From Octopus bimaculoides (taxonomy: Eukaryota): a stretch of 32,352 nucleotides of DNA. Shown here in pieces: positions 30,817-32,352 of this stretch (the first letter of the stretch is position 1; each line of letters begins with the position of its first letter). The stretch covers positions 15,716,742 to 15,749,093 of the forward strand of contig NC_068992.1 of the NCBI RefSeq assembly GCF_001194135.2, in the 5' to 3' direction. The position numbers and the translations under genes were made by a program. The notes beneath the pieces were generated by a model. That model was given only the letters and a program-made list of their open reading frames with translations, had not been told where the DNA came from and did not search any database.

Positions 30817-31285
30817 TCATCATCATCATCATTTAACGTCCGCTTTCCATGCTAGCATGGGTTGGACGATTTCACTGAGGACTGGTGAAACCAGATGGCT
30901 ACACCAGGCTCCAATCTGATTTNNNNNNNNNNGGACGATTTCACTGAGGACTGGTGAAACCAGATGGCTACACCAGGCTCCAATCTGATTTGGCAGAGTT
31001 TCTACAGCTGGATGCCCTTCCTAACGCCAACCATTCCGAAAGTTCAGTGGGTGCTTTTACGTGCCACCGGCACGAAGGCCAGTCTGGCGGTACTGGCAAC
31101 GGCCACGCTCAAAATGGTGTATTTTACATGCCACCCGCACACGAGCCAGTCCAGGGGCACTGGCAACGATCTCGCTCGAAAGTCCTTACACATGCCACGG
31201 GTACAAGTGCCAGAAAGGCGAAGCTGGGCACAGATGCCATCACGATTTCGCTTTCGATTGGCGACGGAATTGCCAAATCTGGATT
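30817..31285 (-). mobile_element. Family D, long copy with three approximately 65-bp subunits (contains a 10-N gap and an overlap artefact)
   Basis: (ATC)n start; subunits begin at 31059, 31126 and 31190. Confidence 0.85.
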
Positions 31286-31782
31286 TCTGTGTCTTTGTGA
31301 GTCATGTGTATGTGTGTGTGTGTGTGTGTGTCTGGCCCAAATATTCTACCTGTTTTATTTTCAAACTTTCCAGATCTGGTTTCTTACACCTACCCTTCGA
31401 TGTCATTCTAAAAATAAACAGTCACATCATTGAAATCTCAAATCTATGAGATAAAGCACAGTTTATTCAAAGCAATATGAATAAATTTGAATAAATGTGA
31501 ATTTAAATTTGACAGAATAATCTGGAAACTAAATAGTTAAACTGTTGACCTGACATGATTAGTACATTAGGTAATATGCTGACCGTATGCAAATTAGCTT
31601 TTCAAAACTGATGTAACGATCAAATGAGCACACTACATCATATGAAATATAGAAAATTCCAGCAAGTACACCACTATCAAAAGTGAATTAACACAATTTG
31701 TGTGTCTCAAGTCCACTTACCTGGTGCAGCTCCTATCAAACCATCCAACCCATGCCAGCATGGAAAATAAATATTAAATAAA

Positions 31783-32020
31783 GTACATTATTTACATTTG
31801 ACAGATATTTGTTCTCATCTTGTTTGTTGTTAAAACAACATTTCGACTGATATACCCTCCAGCTTTTATCAGGTGTCTTGGGGAAATTTCGAACCTGGGT
31901 CCTCATTCCTAAGGTATTTTTCGATATTGTTGCTATTATTATTATTCAGATCACTGCCTGGAATTGAACTTGGCATCTTGGGGTTAGTAGCCTGCACTCT
32001 TAACCACTACACCATATGCC
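31783..32020 (-). mobile_element. SINE family G: tRNA head + AAT spacer + hammerhead-like 3' domain
   Basis: Reverse complement GGCATATGGTGTAGTGGTTAAG (A box)..AGTTCAATTCC (B box)..(AAT)n..ACAC-CTGATAA-AAGCTG-GAGGGTATAT-CAGTC-GAAA-TGTTGT. Confidence 0.7.
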
Positions 32021-32120
32021 TGTTGAGGATGATAATGATATATAAATATATATATATAAACACACACACACACACATATATCCGTATATATATACATACA
32101 TACATACATACATACATATA

Positions 32121-32352
32121 TCATCATCATCATCATCATCGTTTAACGTCCGCTTTCCATGCTAGCATGGGTTGGACGATTTGACTGAGGACTGGTGAAA
32201 CCGGATGGCAACACCAGGCTCCAGTCTAATTTGGCAGAGTTTCTACAGCTGGATGCCCTTCCTAATGCCAACCACTCAGAGAGTGTAGTGGGTGCTTTTA
32301 CGTGTCACCCGCACGAAAACGGCCACGCTCGAAATGGTGTCTTTTATGTGCC
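32121..32352 (-). mobile_element. Family D, young copy (runs off the window edge)
   Basis: (ATC)n GTTTAACGTCCGCTTTCCATGCTAGCATGGGTTGGACGATTTGACTGAGGACTGG, near-identical to the 18964 copy. Confidence 0.9.

Noticed and set aside
30865-30990. 58-bp exact tandem duplication inside family D
   Set aside because: Flanks a 10-N gap, so it is an assembly overlap artefact.
31715-31724. Perfect minus-strand donor CCAG|GTAAGT
   Set aside because: Sits at the junction with an old family D fragment, with no upstream acceptor or open exon.
1-32352. CRISPR arrays, operons, rRNA or intact tRNA genes
   Set aside because: None seen. This is eukaryotic intronic DNA, and all tRNA-like sequences are SINE heads or broken pseudogenes.

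Overview
AT-rich, intron-dominated animal genomic DNA, very probably octopus (coleoid cephalopod). This is inferred from the dense tRNA-derived SINEs, RTE-LINE relics with (GAT)n tails, mariner MITEs and microsatellites. There are four large N gaps (10063-11005, 12028-12397, 13852-14390, 21103-21529) and three 10-N gaps. The only confidently recognised gene is the first coding exon of mitochondrial carrier SLC25A35 (SLC25A34/35 family, + strand, 15651-16061), followed by an apparent intron of more than 16 kb. A promoter-like cluster at about 8.0-8.7 kb (NRF1 palindrome, ETS, four phased CCAAT boxes, TATA) may drive SLC25A35 rightward and an unidentified minus-strand gene leftward. The most interesting items are not in the ORF track or are unexplained by it. 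They are a tRNA-headed SINE with a degenerate Penelope-type hammerhead-ribozyme motif (31783-32020), a 50-aa SAP-domain ORF beside a gap (11106-11258), MITE-like elements built around TTAGGG-like repeats, and a 124-aa intron-nested ORF with a PP1-docking RVxF motif (26364-26738). Nearly all other track ORFs are microsatellite, SINE or N-gap artefacts. Repeat family labels A, B, D, E, F and G are working names defined within this window, and repeat boundaries are approximate.
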